64,000 bases of DNA from assembly GCA_963719225.1 (NCBI GenBank), contig CAVRAY010000001.1:1664001-1728000 (forward strand), written 5' to 3'. Of the stretch, positions 1 through 9,717 are shown in pieces; the stretch's first letter is position 1, and the number at the start of each line of letters is the position of its first letter. A program made the translations under genes and the position numbers. Source of the stretch: Thermoanaerobaculia bacterium (lineage in GTDB: Bacteria; Acidobacteriota; Thermoanaerobaculia; UBA5066). Below the pieces are notes generated by a model. That model made no database searches. It was given only the letters and a program-made list of their open reading frames with translations, and had not been told where the DNA came from.

Positions 1-216
1 GCCGGGCCCGACCCCGACCGCCGCCATCGCCCCGTGAATCGCAGCGGTTCCGGACGAGAACGCGACCGCGAAGCGCGTGCCGAAATAGCGCGCCAGATGC
101 TCCTCGTATTCACGGACCGTTTCGCTGCTGCCGGAGATCCGGTCGGAGTGCAGCAGTCGCTCGAGCTGGTCCACCTCGCTCTGGTCGAAAGAGACGGCGC
201 AGGAATCGACCCTCAT
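1..216 (-). CDS. DegT/DnrJ/EryC1/StrS family PLP aminotransferase (5' part; runs off window)
   Basis: Manual translation from ATG at 216 (ATGA overlap with the upstream stop): MRVDSCAVSFDQSEVDQLERLLHSDRISGSSETVREYEEHLARYFGTRFAVAFSSGTAAIHGAMAAVGVGPG, a typical DegT N-terminal signature. Not in the ORF track. Confidence 0.85.
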   Translation of the reverse strand, partial: MRVDSCAVSFDQSEVDQLERLLHSDRISGSSETVREYEEHLARYFGTRFAVAFSSGTAAIHGAMAAVGVGPG

Positions 217-1280
217 GAGGAGCGCCTTTGGACGGCATCCGCGGTCGAATGCACGACGTTCGTCAGGCGCACGTTCCTCTTCAGGTAGGGGCAGATGGGA
301 ATCGCGCTGTCTTCAGGGTCGCATCTGGGATCCCGCTCGAATCGTCCTCCGAGGCGATTGGAATAGAGCCAGCAGCCGCCCTGGCAGCCTTCGAAGCGGC
401 CGCACGCGTGACAGGTCTGCATGGGCGCGTCATATTGCTGCCAGTTGCGGGCGTCGTTCCAGATGCTTTCGAGCGTCGCGTCGCGCACGTTTCCCAGGAA
501 CATGCCGGCATCGAGAAGAAACGTGCACGGGCTGACGTGCCCGTCACAGAGGAGCTGGCAGTACTTCTTCTGCCGTATCCGGCAGCCCAGCTGGTTCGCG
601 GCCACGTCCTTCCACTCGAGAAAGACCTGTTCCACCACCACGTCGGTTCGGGCGGAGCCCTTCGCCTCGCAGAGAGCCGTCACATCCTCGATGAACCCGA
701 GCCACTCCCGCTTTCCGATGGTCTCGTCGAGACGACCTGCGCCGGCGCCGAAAGGGGTGAAGTGGAAGAAGGAATGGACCTTCACGCCCAGCTCGAGCGT
801 GCTGTCCAGCAGGCCCGCGATCGAACGGAGGTTGCGCTGCATCACGACGGTGTTCACCCGCACGGGAATGCCAAGCGCCTGGGCAGCCTGCACGGCGTTC
901 CAGGCCTTTGCATGCGTCCCGTGGCCGCGGATGCTGTCGTTGACCTGCTCGGGGCCGTCGATGCTGATCATCAGTTCGTCGATCCCGAGCGCGGCCAGCC
1001 GCGCCAGCCCTTTCCGGTCCAGCAGCGTGCCGTTCGATTGAACGCGGACTCGCGCGCCCTGAACGATCGCTTCGGCCACGATCGTCAGGACATCCGGTCG
1101 GAGGAACGGCTCTCCTCCCGTGACGTGGATTTCCCGCGCTCCCAGCGCGATCGCTTCCGCGAGAACCTCGCAGATCCGGGCGGTCGGCAGCTCGGGCATC
1201 GCACGGCGGCCCGAGTCGAAGCAGCAGTGCATGCAACGAAGGTTGCAGCGGTTGGTGACGTGGAGATCGAGCTCTTCCAT
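213..1280 (-). CDS. Radical SAM protein with SPASM/twitch domain
   Basis: CNLRCMHCC (CxxxCxxC), TGGEPF motif, C-terminal CHACGRFEGCQGGC. Likely start ATG 1280 in TGATG overlap with the upstream gene. Confidence 0.9.
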   Translation of the reverse strand: MEELDLHVTNRCNLRCMHCCFDSGRRAMPELPTARICEVLAEAIALGAREIHVTGGEPFLRPDVLTIVAEAIVQGARVRVQSNGTLLDRKGLARLAALGIDELMISIDGPEQVNDSIRGHGTHAKAWNAVQAAQALGIPVRVNTVVMQRNLRSIAGLLDSTLELGVKVHSFFHFTPFGAGAGRLDETIGKREWLGFIEDVTALCEAKGSARTDVVVEQVFLEWKDVAANQLGCRIRQKKYCQLLCDGHVSPCTFLLDAGMFLGNVRDATLESIWNDARNWQQYDAPMQTCHACGRFEGCQGGCWLYSNRLGGRFERDPRCDPEDSAIPICPYLKRNVRLTNVVHSTADAVQRRSS

Positions 1281-2503
1281 CAATGGGGCCGGCCGATCCA
1301 CGTGCACAGGTAGTCCCTGTGCACGAGGGACTTCTGCACGTCCAGCTCCTCGACCCGTGGAAACGGCGGCAGGCGCGAAGCCTCGCCCTCCGAGAATCGC
1401 ACCGGGCAATAGGGATCGCTGGCACACAGCGTGCGCTCGCCGGTCCGGTAAAGGTGGCTATAGAAGGCCCGGGCCGCACATCCGCCGCGGCAGGTCTCGA
1501 GCCATCGGCACTCCGCACAGCCGTCGATCCGTCCCGGGTTCGCATGGCGGCGCCGGAACGCGCGGAACTGCGGCGAAGCCAGAATGGTTCGTACGTCCTG
1601 CCTGAGCAGGTCGCCGGCCTTGTAGTCGTGAATGTAGATGCACGGCGAGATCGGCATCTCTCCGGCCGGCGTCACGCTGTGGATGCGGAAGCTGCTTCGA
1701 CCGCACGGACATCCGGCGCCCTTGTATCCCGCGACCGCCGCGAGCAAGGGGTCGCCCAGGTCGACCTGGCGGGTGCCGGCGAGGAGCCGTTGGAACCCCG
1801 CGTAGAACTGGGCCGGTGAAAGTTGCGCGGCCTGGTGCTCTGGTGCGACCGGCCGTAGGGTGTTGACCCGAATGTTGGCGGCGTACGCACGGGCGAGCTC
1901 CAGAAAGCCGTCGACGTGCCGCGGACCGAAGTTCCAGTTCATGGCACAGAGAATCACGCTTCGTTCGATCCCGTACTTCTGGCAGATGGAGAGAGCCTCC
2001 ACGGCCAGCGGAAACATGCGGGCGCCGCGGTTCGTGTCGTGCTCCTCCGGAAACGGGCTGTCGAACGAGATGTCCACGTCGTTGAGAAGCCGCAGGACGT
2101 CCGGGTGCTTGCGCTCGAGGTGCAGCACCGTGACCCCGCTGCTCGTCAGGCCGACCTTGATGCCTCGGTCGACCAGGGTCCTGACGATGTACGGGAGAAG
2201 CGACTTGCTGGCATCGGGGCCCGACGTGTAGAGCGGTTCGTTGCCGCCCAGGTTCACGGTTTCCACACCCAGATCGGCCAGCTGGCCCACGACCCTGTCG
2301 ACCATCGACTGTTCGAGGTCGATGCCGGGTCGCCGCGCGCTCGCCGAATAACAGTGCCGGCATTGGTTCGGACAGTAGTTCCCCAGCGACCAGCCCACGT
2401 TGCGCACGGCCATGGGGCCTTCCGGAAGGCCCGGGAAATCCTCTCCCGGTGCCGGCGCCTCGAAATGCCGCTGCGGATCGATCGAACTGGGCAGATGGCT
2501 CAT
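1280..2503 (-). CDS. Radical SAM protein with SPASM domain
   Basis: CPNQCRHC, LGGNEP, C-terminal CAECRWLETCRGGC. Confidence 0.9.
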   Translation of the reverse strand: MSHLPSSIDPQRHFEAPAPGEDFPGLPEGPMAVRNVGWSLGNYCPNQCRHCYSASARRPGIDLEQSMVDRVVGQLADLGVETVNLGGNEPLYTSGPDASKSLLPYIVRTLVDRGIKVGLTSSGVTVLHLERKHPDVLRLLNDVDISFDSPFPEEHDTNRGARMFPLAVEALSICQKYGIERSVILCAMNWNFGPRHVDGFLELARAYAANIRVNTLRPVAPEHQAAQLSPAQFYAGFQRLLAGTRQVDLGDPLLAAVAGYKGAGCPCGRSSFRIHSVTPAGEMPISPCIYIHDYKAGDLLRQDVRTILASPQFRAFRRRHANPGRIDGCAECRWLETCRGGCAARAFYSHLYRTGERTLCASDPYCPVRFSEGEASRLPPFPRVEELDVQKSLVHRDYLCTWIGRPH

Positions 2504-2650
2504 CGCCTGCCTTACCGCTTGCGGAAGAAGAATGGATTGCGCCCGAAGTGCGCCGGCCGGGATCTCCAGCGATCGACGTTACGCACCGGAAGGCGGCGCC
2601 GGAATGGATCAAATGAATCAACGCTCGCTTCGGGCGGAGGGCGCGAGAAA

Positions 2651-2727
2651 TGGTGGGCCCGACAGGAATCGAACCTGCGACACGCGGTTTAGGAAACCGC
2701 TGCTCTATCCAACTGAGCTACGGGCCC
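2651..2727 (-). tRNA. tRNA-Arg(CCT)
   Basis: Reverse complement GGGCCCG TAGCTCAGTTGGATAGAGCA GCGGT TTCCTAA ACCGC GTGTC GCAGG TTCGATT CCTGT CGGGCCC ACCA; acceptor, D, anticodon and T arms and CCA all present. Confidence 0.97.
2689..2727 (-). repeat. att core copy (5' half of the intact tRNA)
   Basis: ttaggaaaccgctgctctatccaactgagctacgggccc, identical to 16839-16877. Confidence 0.95.
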
Positions 2728-3960
2728 ACCTTTTGTTTCTAACGACTTAGCAAAAGCGGCCTCGGACGAAACGGGTTCATTCTCGCTCGCGACCCGTACC
2801 AAAGCCGTACCGGCTTTCCGCGAGTGTACCTTGCCCGCGAGCCGGAGAACGCGGTCCGTCCGCGCCGAGATCCGCTTCGCCTCCTGCCACCTCTCGGAGT
2901 CGCCCCGGCCGCTCTCGTCGTAGTGCCGCTCCGTGACGGCCGTTCCTCGGTGCCCGAGGTTCGCCGAGACGGCCGAGAGCGTCTCGCCGCTTGTGCGGAG
3001 GAGAGTCGCGTTCTCGGCGCGAGCCCATCCCACCGTCGTCTTCTTCGGGACGCCCGCGCGCTCGCACGCGGCCTCAAGTGTGCGCCGGAGCGACGAGAGC
3101 GAGAGCGGGTGCCGGGCCTTCTCGCGGCGGCCGTCGGGGTGAGCCTGCCTGTAGCTCTCGACGGCGAGGAGCGGCGCGTCGGGCGCGAGCGGCGGCAGCG
3201 TGCTGATGTAGAGCTTGAGCGACCGCGCGAGGCCGGGGGAGACCGGCTTCTCGACGATCTCGCGGCGCCGGCTCTTCCGCCCCTTGTTGCGGCGGACGAG
3301 GAGGACTCGGTGCCGGAGGTCTACGTCTCCGACCTGTAGGCGCCGGACCTCGGCCTCGCGGATGCCGGTGTAGAGGCCGATCTCAAGAGCCGTCCGCGCG
3401 ACGGTGCCGAGCGGAAGCTCGCGGAGGAGGCGCCCAAGCTCGTCGGCCTTGAGCGTCTTCGGCTCGCGCGCCGGCAACTCAAGCGGCGGCATCGGCGGCA
3501 CCGGCAGCTGCGCGATCTTGAGCGCGGTCCGAAGGATGACGAGCCCGTTATGTATCGCGCGGCCGGCCGACGAGGTCGCGCGCTTGCCCCAAGCGATGAA
3601 GTCGACGAGGTCCTCGCGCCGGAGGTCCGCGTCGGCGGCCTCGCCGCGCCACCGGACGAAGAGCCCGCGCGCCTGGGCGATGCTCCGAAGGTGCGCGGCC
3701 GACTTCCCGAGGACCGAGCACTCGCGCGCGTAGGCGTCGAGAACGCCGCGGATCGTCGGCGGGGGAGTCGGGTCCGGCACGCTGATGCCGAAGCTCCGAA
3801 GGGCGGCGCGGCTCTGGAGGGTGTCGCGGAGCAGCTCGGCCTCCTCGCGCGTTCGGAACGTCTTCTTCACCTCTCGGCCGTTCACCTGAATGCGCAGCTT
3901 CCATTTCCCGCGCTTCGACCTCGCGATGCCGTCGACGGTTCCGGTTCGGGTCGTCCTCAT
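2689..3960 (-). CDS. int: Tyrosine recombinase/integrase with N-terminal arm-binding domain
   Basis: AGGAGG RBS before ATG 3960; LYTGIREAE (catalytic R), LGH...TERHY (H/Y); N-terminal KWKLRIQVNGREVKKTFRTREEAE. Stop codon TAA lies in the tRNA anticodon loop. Confidence 0.9.
   Translation of the reverse strand: MRTTRTGTVDGIARSKRGKWKLRIQVNGREVKKTFRTREEAELLRDTLQSRAALRSFGISVPDPTPPPTIRGVLDAYARECSVLGKSAAHLRSIAQARGLFVRWRGEAADADLRREDLVDFIAWGKRATSSAGRAIHNGLVILRTALKIAQLPVPPMPPLELPAREPKTLKADELGRLLRELPLGTVARTALEIGLYTGIREAEVRRLQVGDVDLRHRVLLVRRNKGRKSRRREIVEKPVSPGLARSLKLYISTLPPLAPDAPLLAVESYRQAHPDGRREKARHPLSLSSLRRTLEAACERAGVPKKTTVGWARAENATLLRTSGETLSAVSANLGHRGTAVTERHYDESGRGDSERWQEAKRISARTDRVLRLAGKVHSRKAGTALVRVASENEPVSSEAAFAKSLETKGGPVAQLDRAAVS
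2788..2812 (+). promoter_or_regulatory. Putative integrase arm-type site, left
   Basis: cgcgacccgtaccaaagccgtaccg; tandem CGTAC at 11-bp period, matching 16764-16788. Confidence 0.6.
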
Positions 3961-4189
3961 GAGTTCCTCCTGTCTTCGGGAAGGGGCGGGCGGGGAGTTG
4001 CGGCGCGAGGCTTCCGCACGCCGAGCCTGTCGCACGCGGCCGTCCACGCGCTCTCCTCCGTCTCGTGATCCGGCGCGCCCGAGCGGCGCGCTTCGTCGCG
4101 TCGATAGCCTCGGTGCGAGTCTGCGTCGTCATCGTGACCTTCTCGTTCTTGGTTCCTTCGTCGTGCGTGCGGGCGCGCTTCACGGCCCG

Positions 4190-5479
4190 TCAGACCCCAT
4201 CGAAGCGCTCGGCGCGAAGACTTTCTAGTGCCCCTGAAATGCCGGGCATGAGAGAGCTTGCGGTGATGCCCATGCTCCTGAGTTCCCTCAAGGCATTCCT
4301 TGCATCCTCCGCCGGAAGGTCAAACCACTCCAAGGCGTTCGGCACAAAGCCGGCGCTCGCATCTCCGTACGTACTGAGGAAGTGTATTGATTGCTGCGGC
4401 ACAGCCCGAGGATTGAAGGTTGCAGACGCCCTTACGAAGAGAGGATGACGTTCAGGGCCCGCAATTCTCCAAGGCGACGTTAAGTCGTCCCCAACCAGCC
4501 CGGATCCGATCTTCGTCCTATCGAGCTTGTAAATCCGGACGCGGTGCTCCGTGCGCCCCGCTAGACCGCACTCGCATCTCGGCCGGAGCGCGTTCGCGAA
4601 CGCGAAGTACGCAGCGATCATCGGCGAGAGTGACCAGTCAAGAAGAGGCGTCGGATAACCGTGATGCTGGGCGAGCGCGACGAGAAGAGCGTAGGTCTTT
4701 GGATCGCTTGCATCGAGGAGTTGCCCCATCGACGTCGACACAATCTCGGCGACGGCGGCCAGGTCCTCTTTTTCGAATCTGGCAAGGTCATACCGGCCCG
4801 ATCGGAAGAACGCCGTCGTCAGAGGGCGCATATTGCAGCCCTCTCCGCGGTAGAGAAACCGCGTGCGTGGCGCCTGTTCACCTCGAGCAAGCTCGAGTGT
4901 TTGGTCCCGAAACTCGTCCCAAGAACGATCACTATTCGCTCGCGACAAGACCCTCGCTACGACCTTTTCGAGATGGAAGTCCCCGCTCTTATCGGGTGAG
5001 TCGCCGCCGCTCCCTTTCTCATAGGAGACGGACCACTGTCCTACTAACGAATCACCTTCAACGGGCATCCACTCCGGCCTGAGGGGCTTAGCCGGATCAC
5101 TCGAAACCGGGACAATCTTCGCCGATGCCGTACACCTGTTTGGCAACGTCACGTTCGAGAAGGCTGACCGGGGCCGCACCGTCCACCCGCGCCGATCGTA
5201 GAAAACTGCCTCCGAGTCGCTGGTAACGAATTTGAAGCCCCCCCCAGGTGTTGGCCATGCATGGACAGGTAGCAGAACGAAAGGCGTATCACCGTGGGGG
5301 TCAGGGGAATCGATGTACGCGTGCCCGTTGATGTACGCGTGCCCGTCAGGGAGGGTTTGCAGGGATTGCTGGTCAAACGTGAGAACCAGTTGACGGAATC
5401 GGTCGACGAGCCCACCCCACCGGCCGACTAGAGCCGAAATTTCGGTTACAGCGCTCACTCCTTCGCCTCCGGCGCTCAC
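4190..5479 (-). CDS. FRG domain-containing protein
   Basis: FLYRGE...AQHHGYPTPLLDWSLSPMIAAYFA signature; visibly lower GC than its flanks. Confidence 0.85.
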   Translation of the reverse strand: MSAGGEGVSAVTEISALVGRWGGLVDRFRQLVLTFDQQSLQTLPDGHAYINGHAYIDSPDPHGDTPFVLLPVHAWPTPGGGFKFVTSDSEAVFYDRRGWTVRPRSAFSNVTLPNRCTASAKIVPVSSDPAKPLRPEWMPVEGDSLVGQWSVSYEKGSGGDSPDKSGDFHLEKVVARVLSRANSDRSWDEFRDQTLELARGEQAPRTRFLYRGEGCNMRPLTTAFFRSGRYDLARFEKEDLAAVAEIVSTSMGQLLDASDPKTYALLVALAQHHGYPTPLLDWSLSPMIAAYFAFANALRPRCECGLAGRTEHRVRIYKLDRTKIGSGLVGDDLTSPWRIAGPERHPLFVRASATFNPRAVPQQSIHFLSTYGDASAGFVPNALEWFDLPAEDARNALRELRSMGITASSLMPGISGALESLRAERFDGV

Positions 5480-5706
5480 GTTCGCGCCTTCTTCTTCGTG
5501 CTCACGACGCTCGGCGTTGGCCCGACCGCGATCCGATCCGCTACCGCGCGCCGCACCATCTCTGCGACCGACGACAGGCCCTCGCGCTTCGCGGCCCTAC
5601 GCCACGCCGCGAGCGTCCCTTTCGGGAGCTTCACGACGAACGCTTCGATGTGCGTTCGGCCACGCGGCCGACCCGGCTTTCGCTTCTTCGCCTGTTTCGT
5701 GGCCAT
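5476..5706 (-). CDS. Small ribbon-helix-helix/CopG-like DNA-binding protein
   Basis: 76 aa; basic PGRPRG start, then FVVKLP...WRRAAKREGLSSVAEMVRRAV; GTGA overlap with the FRG gene. Confidence 0.6.
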   Translation of the reverse strand: MATKQAKKRKPGRPRGRTHIEAFVVKLPKGTLAAWRRAAKREGLSSVAEMVRRAVADRIAVGPTPSVVSTKKKART

Positions 5707-5829
5707 AGTTTTAGTCTATCTCAAAACTCGGAAGCGCGCCACGCGACGCCCGGCGGTCGGTCGGGATGCCGAGGTCGGAGAGGTCGCGCGGCTGGCGCTC
5801 GAAGCGCCCTGCTTTATCCTTGCGTTAAC

Positions 5830-6328
5830 GTGGCTGAACAGCTCGCGACCATCTGCCCTAAGTGCGGCTTTCAACACCCGGCCCCGGCGCAGGCATGCGC
5901 GAAGTGCGGGGTTATCTTTGCGCGCTTCTCTCCTGAAAAGGTCCGCGTCCCGGCCGCCCAAGTTGTGGTCTCGACAACGACACTCGGAGAGCCGTTCGAC
6001 ACGCTCCGACCCGTCTACGCCGTCACGACGAATATGCAGGGCGTCTTGGACGCTGCCGCTCGGAAGCTCGGGGTCGACGTCAAGGCGGTGACGGATTCCG
6101 AGGTGTTCTCGGCGTTCCTGCTCGGCGACTCGGTCGCAAACTACAAGGCGTTCCCGATCGCTTTCGCGGTCGTGCGTCGAAGAACTGAAGCGCCAGACGG
6201 CCCGGCTTGGCGGAGACGCAGTCGTTGGGTTGCGGATGAACTTCGACCTCGATCGGTCGGGAGGCGGTCTTCAGGGCTTCACGATGCAGCTCTTCGGGAC
6301 CGCAGTGCGGCGCCGTCAGTCGTCCTGA
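5830..6328 (+). pseudogene. Zinc-ribbon plus YbjQ-like (heavy-metal-binding) protein, frameshifted near 6172
   Basis: CPKCG...CAKCG, then in a shifted frame EELKRQTARLGGDAVVGLRMNFD...MQLFGTAV (YbjQ-like). Confidence 0.6.
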
Positions 6329-6359
6329 GGCTCGGCCGTCGCGCTACCATCGCCACCTC

Positions 6360-6572
6360 GTGAGCACCGGCACCGTCAACATGTCCTTCGCCCCGATCGG
6401 AGCGAACCTGCCGGACTTCGACAATTACTACTGCCGCGACTGCCGGCGCATCGTTCACGTAAGGAAGGGATCGCCCGGCTTTCGCGCGTGCCCGACTCCG
6501 GGCTGCACGGGCCCGACGGGCTTCGGGATGTACTGGAAGACGCCGAGGCCGCGAGCCGGCGTGAAGCGCTGA
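6360..6572 (+). CDS. Small putative Zn-binding protein
   Basis: 70 aa with CRDC...CPTPGC. Confidence 0.4.
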   Translation: MSTGTVNMSFAPIGANLPDFDNYYCRDCRRIVHVRKGSPGFRACPTPGCTGPTGFGMYWKTPRPRAGVKR

Positions 6573-6812
6573 GACGCGCGGGAGAACGGCCTCGCCCGTC
6601 ACGGACGCGGGCGAGCTGCTGCGCGCGGGCGGCGCGATCCTTCGGGATGCCGAGGTCGGAGAGGGTCGGAGCAGACGGGACGCCGCGCCTCGTCTGCTGA
6701 GACTTCGGCTCGCCTCTCGCAGCCCGAGGCGCCGCGTAGAATTGCGTTGAATCGCTATCAGGATCGTCAGGACGGAGACCGCCACGCCCCCTGACCATAT
6801 GGAGACTCGAAC

Positions 6813-7343
6813 ATGAGGAAGACTTTCTTGACCGCCGTAGCCATGCGCTTTCTGACATTAGCGGTGGCGCTATCGTCCGGTGTAGTTCTCGCACAGAAGC
6901 CCGCCGACGTTCACGGCTGGGGAAAAGTGAAGTGGGGGATGACCCTCGCGCAGATCCAGAAGCTCTATCCAGAGGCGGAGCCGTTCACGAAGACGTGGGA
7001 AGACGGAAGAAAGTCGTCTGGACTGAGAATCCCCAAATTCGACCTGATCCACTTCCCGTTCGAGGTCACGTTCTGGAAGAAGGACGCCGACAAGAGGCTC
7101 GATTCAATCAGCCTCAGTACCGAGGCGGGCATGGTCGTGTTTAGGGAACTTGAAAAGCAGCTGACGCTCAAGTACGGCTCTCCTACGTTGAAGGATGATT
7201 CGAAGCCTCGGAAACGCTCCCGCACGTGGATGTTTCCGTCAACTGAGATTGAACTCTTGTTTTTGGAGTGGTTGCCTCCAGCTCCATCGGAAGTGAACCT
7301 CGGCTACTCGCCCGTCGATAAGGGTTCGCGCGACAAGTTGTAG
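6813..7343 (+). CDS. Exported hypothetical protein (accessory cargo)
   Basis: GGAG RBS, signal peptide ending VVLA-Q, lower GC, opposite strand to the element core. Confidence 0.7.
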   Translation: MRKTFLTAVAMRFLTLAVALSSGVVLAQKPADVHGWGKVKWGMTLAQIQKLYPEAEPFTKTWEDGRKSSGLRIPKFDLIHFPFEVTFWKKDADKRLDSISLSTEAGMVVFRELEKQLTLKYGSPTLKDDSKPRKRSRTWMFPSTEIELLFLEWLPPAPSEVNLGYSPVDKGSRDKL

Positions 7344-7656
7344 TCGATTCTCTTGAAGGGGGTCGAGAAGTGGCCCGCCGGGCGGCGCCATCGCCCAGCC
7401 GACGAGAGCCGCCCCAACGGGCCGCACGTTCCGTCAGGGCAGACCCTTCGATGCACGATGACGAGGAAGGTTCGTGTTTTCACCGGTAGCTCCTTTCAAG
7501 GGGAAACCCGTTCCAACGGTGAAACGGGTTTTGCGCGCGAAGGTAGGGGCGGGCGCTCGCAACGCCCGCGCAGTAGCGGGGTCCGCCGAACCCTCGGCCA
7601 CGAGGACCGCGACCGGCGACGCGCAACGGCGCACCGCGACGGCGGAGGTGGGAGAT

Positions 7657-7908
7657 TCACCACGGGAACTTCGTGCCGCCGAGGACGGGGCGCGGCTCGA
7701 AGCCGTCGTCGGGCGCGAGCTTTGTGAGCGACTCGGCGTCCTTCTCGGCTCTCGCGGCTTCGCGGAAGTCGCACTGTCCAAAATCGTTCGCGCTGTAGAT
7801 GAGTGTCGATTCTTGGCCGAGTCGCTCGTCGGATGCGGCGACGGCGGCCTTGAGGTCGCTCTCGCTCGGTCGGTCGATCGGGCCGAAGGTGAGACCGAAG
7901 AGTTTCAT
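7657..7908 (-). CDS. Hypothetical protein
   Basis: AAGGAG RBS, 83 aa. Confidence 0.55.
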   Translation of the reverse strand: MKLFGLTFGPIDRPSESDLKAAVAASDERLGQESTLIYSANDFGQCDFREAARAEKDAESLTKLAPDDGFEPRPVLGGTKFPW

Positions 7909-7959
7909 GATGACGTGCTCCTTTCGTTGGTCGTTGGTCGATGGTTGGGAAGGGACGGG

Positions 7960-8448
7960 CTATTTGAAAACTTCGGGATGGCTGCCGAACGCGCTGCCGA
8001 GCGGGTTCAGCACCAATTCGTAGTCGACGAGCCGCGTCAACCGGCGAGCGGCGGTGACGGCCTCGGGCGCGAAGACGACGGAGACCGAAGGCACCGGGCG
8101 AGCGCCGAGCGTTTTCAACTCGGCCTGAAGAGCCCACGCCTCGCGGATGGCGGCGTCGCGCTTGTCGAGGGCACAAGCCGCGCCAACGAGCGCCGCACCG
8201 AGCGCCGCGACGACGCGCGCGACGTCATCCGAGATGGCCGCGTGCTCTCTTGTCGCGGCGTCGATCCTCGCCTGCTTCTCGTGCTCGGCCTTCTCGCGCG
8301 CCTCCTCCTCCCCGCGTGCCTTCCGCTCCTCGTCGAGGCGCACCTCCTCTGCCTCCGCCTCCCGGAGGCGCCTCGACGAGGCCGCGAGCGTCCGCACCTC
8401 TTCTTCGGTCATCGTCTCGGCCGGTTTCGCAAAGGGGTTCATGCTCAT
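7960..8448 (-). CDS. Coiled-coil hypothetical protein
   Basis: GGAGGT RBS before ATG 8448; E/R/A-rich helical sequence. Confidence 0.65.
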   Translation of the reverse strand: MSMNPFAKPAETMTEEEVRTLAASSRRLREAEAEEVRLDEERKARGEEEAREKAEHEKQARIDAATREHAAISDDVARVVAALGAALVGAACALDKRDAAIREAWALQAELKTLGARPVPSVSVVFAPEAVTAARRLTRLVDYELVLNPLGSAFGSHPEVFK

Positions 8449-8977
8449 GCGTACCTCCTGTCGGTTTCGATGATTGCGGCGATCTCGTCGCCGTCGAGAT
8501 GCTTCCGATCCGCGAGCGCCTCGGCGATGAGCCGCCACGCGCGACGGTGTTCGGCGATGACCGTCCACGCCCCGACTGCGGCGTCGCAGACGATCTCGTG
8601 GACGCGCGGCGCGAGGCGTTCGAGAAGGGCCGCGAGCGCCGGGCCGTCCTCGGGCACGAGGCCGCCCGTCCGCGCGTGCTCTTCGAGTGCGATGTTCTGC
8701 GCGTGGCGGTACGCGATCCCGAGGTCGCGGCGCGAGCATTCGAGATCTGCGGCGAGCCCGAGCCTCATCCGATCGGACATGAGCCCGGCGACCGCGACGA
8801 GGACCATGACCCTCGGGGTCCCCGGCTGCGTCAAACCCCGCCGGCCGCGAACGGTCGCGAAGTCGGCGCCGTCGCCCTTCTCGGCGACGACGACGTAGCG
8901 GCCTCGTGAAAATCGACCTCGCCGGGCGCAGAGCGAGGGCACGCGACGAAGCGCGGCACGACGAGCGCGCTCACCAT
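8445..8977 (-). pseudogene. Peptidase M41-like (HExxH) protein, 1-nt frameshift near 8896
   Basis: cac gag gcc gct [c]ac gtc gtc gtc gcc: adding one base restores HEAAHVVVA. C-terminus IAEALADRKHLDGDEIAAII resembles the FtsH/M41 tail. Confidence 0.6.
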
Positions 8978-9717
8978 TTCTCCCTGTCGGCGACGGTGAG
9001 CAGCGCCTCGGGCAACACGCCGGACCTCGCCGGCCTGAAGGTGCACGTGTCGCCAGCGCGGAAACTCGACCTTCAGCCCCAAGAACGCGACCGTGCATCC
9101 GTTGTGTCCGTCCTCCCATTCGCTAAAGAGCACGCGCAGGCGGGAGAACTTCCGCTCGATTTCGAGGACGACTTCCTCGGCATCCGGCGCGCGCGGAACG
9201 AAAGGCCCCTCGCTCACGCGACCTCCTCGGCCACCGGCGCCAGGTTTTTCTTTGCACGACTCGCCCTCGGCTTTCGCTCGCGGCGCATCGCTTCGGAGGC
9301 GGCGTCGCGCTCTTTTCGATCTTCTCGGCGAAGGCGCGCCCGCGACGGAGCGCCTCGGAGACGGCAGCCTCACGGCCAAGCAACGTCTCCATCGCCGTCT
9401 CGGCGAAGCGGTCGCCGCGCGCCTCGCCGGAGAAGACGACCTCGCCGCACTCCTCCGTGACACCGACGCCGCGACGCCCGAGGGCCGCGATGAGGACGGC
9501 GACCTCGTCAACCTCGGTTGCGCTCGCGCGGCAGCCTGCCGCACGCCTCGGCCCCCCCGTTCGGGAGGGCGGCCCGGTCCGGCGCCTGCTCTTCGGCCAC
9601 GCAGGCTCCGGCAGATGCCGCGAGGGGATGCGCGAGGCTCCACGGCTGACTGATGCAAATGAACCGTTCACGTCGGCCGGGCACTCGCCGCATCCTGCGT
9701 GTGTAAACACTGGAGGC

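Noticed and set aside
2504-2650. RiPP precursor peptide for the radical SAM pair
   Set aside because: No short ORF with a credible RBS is visible here.
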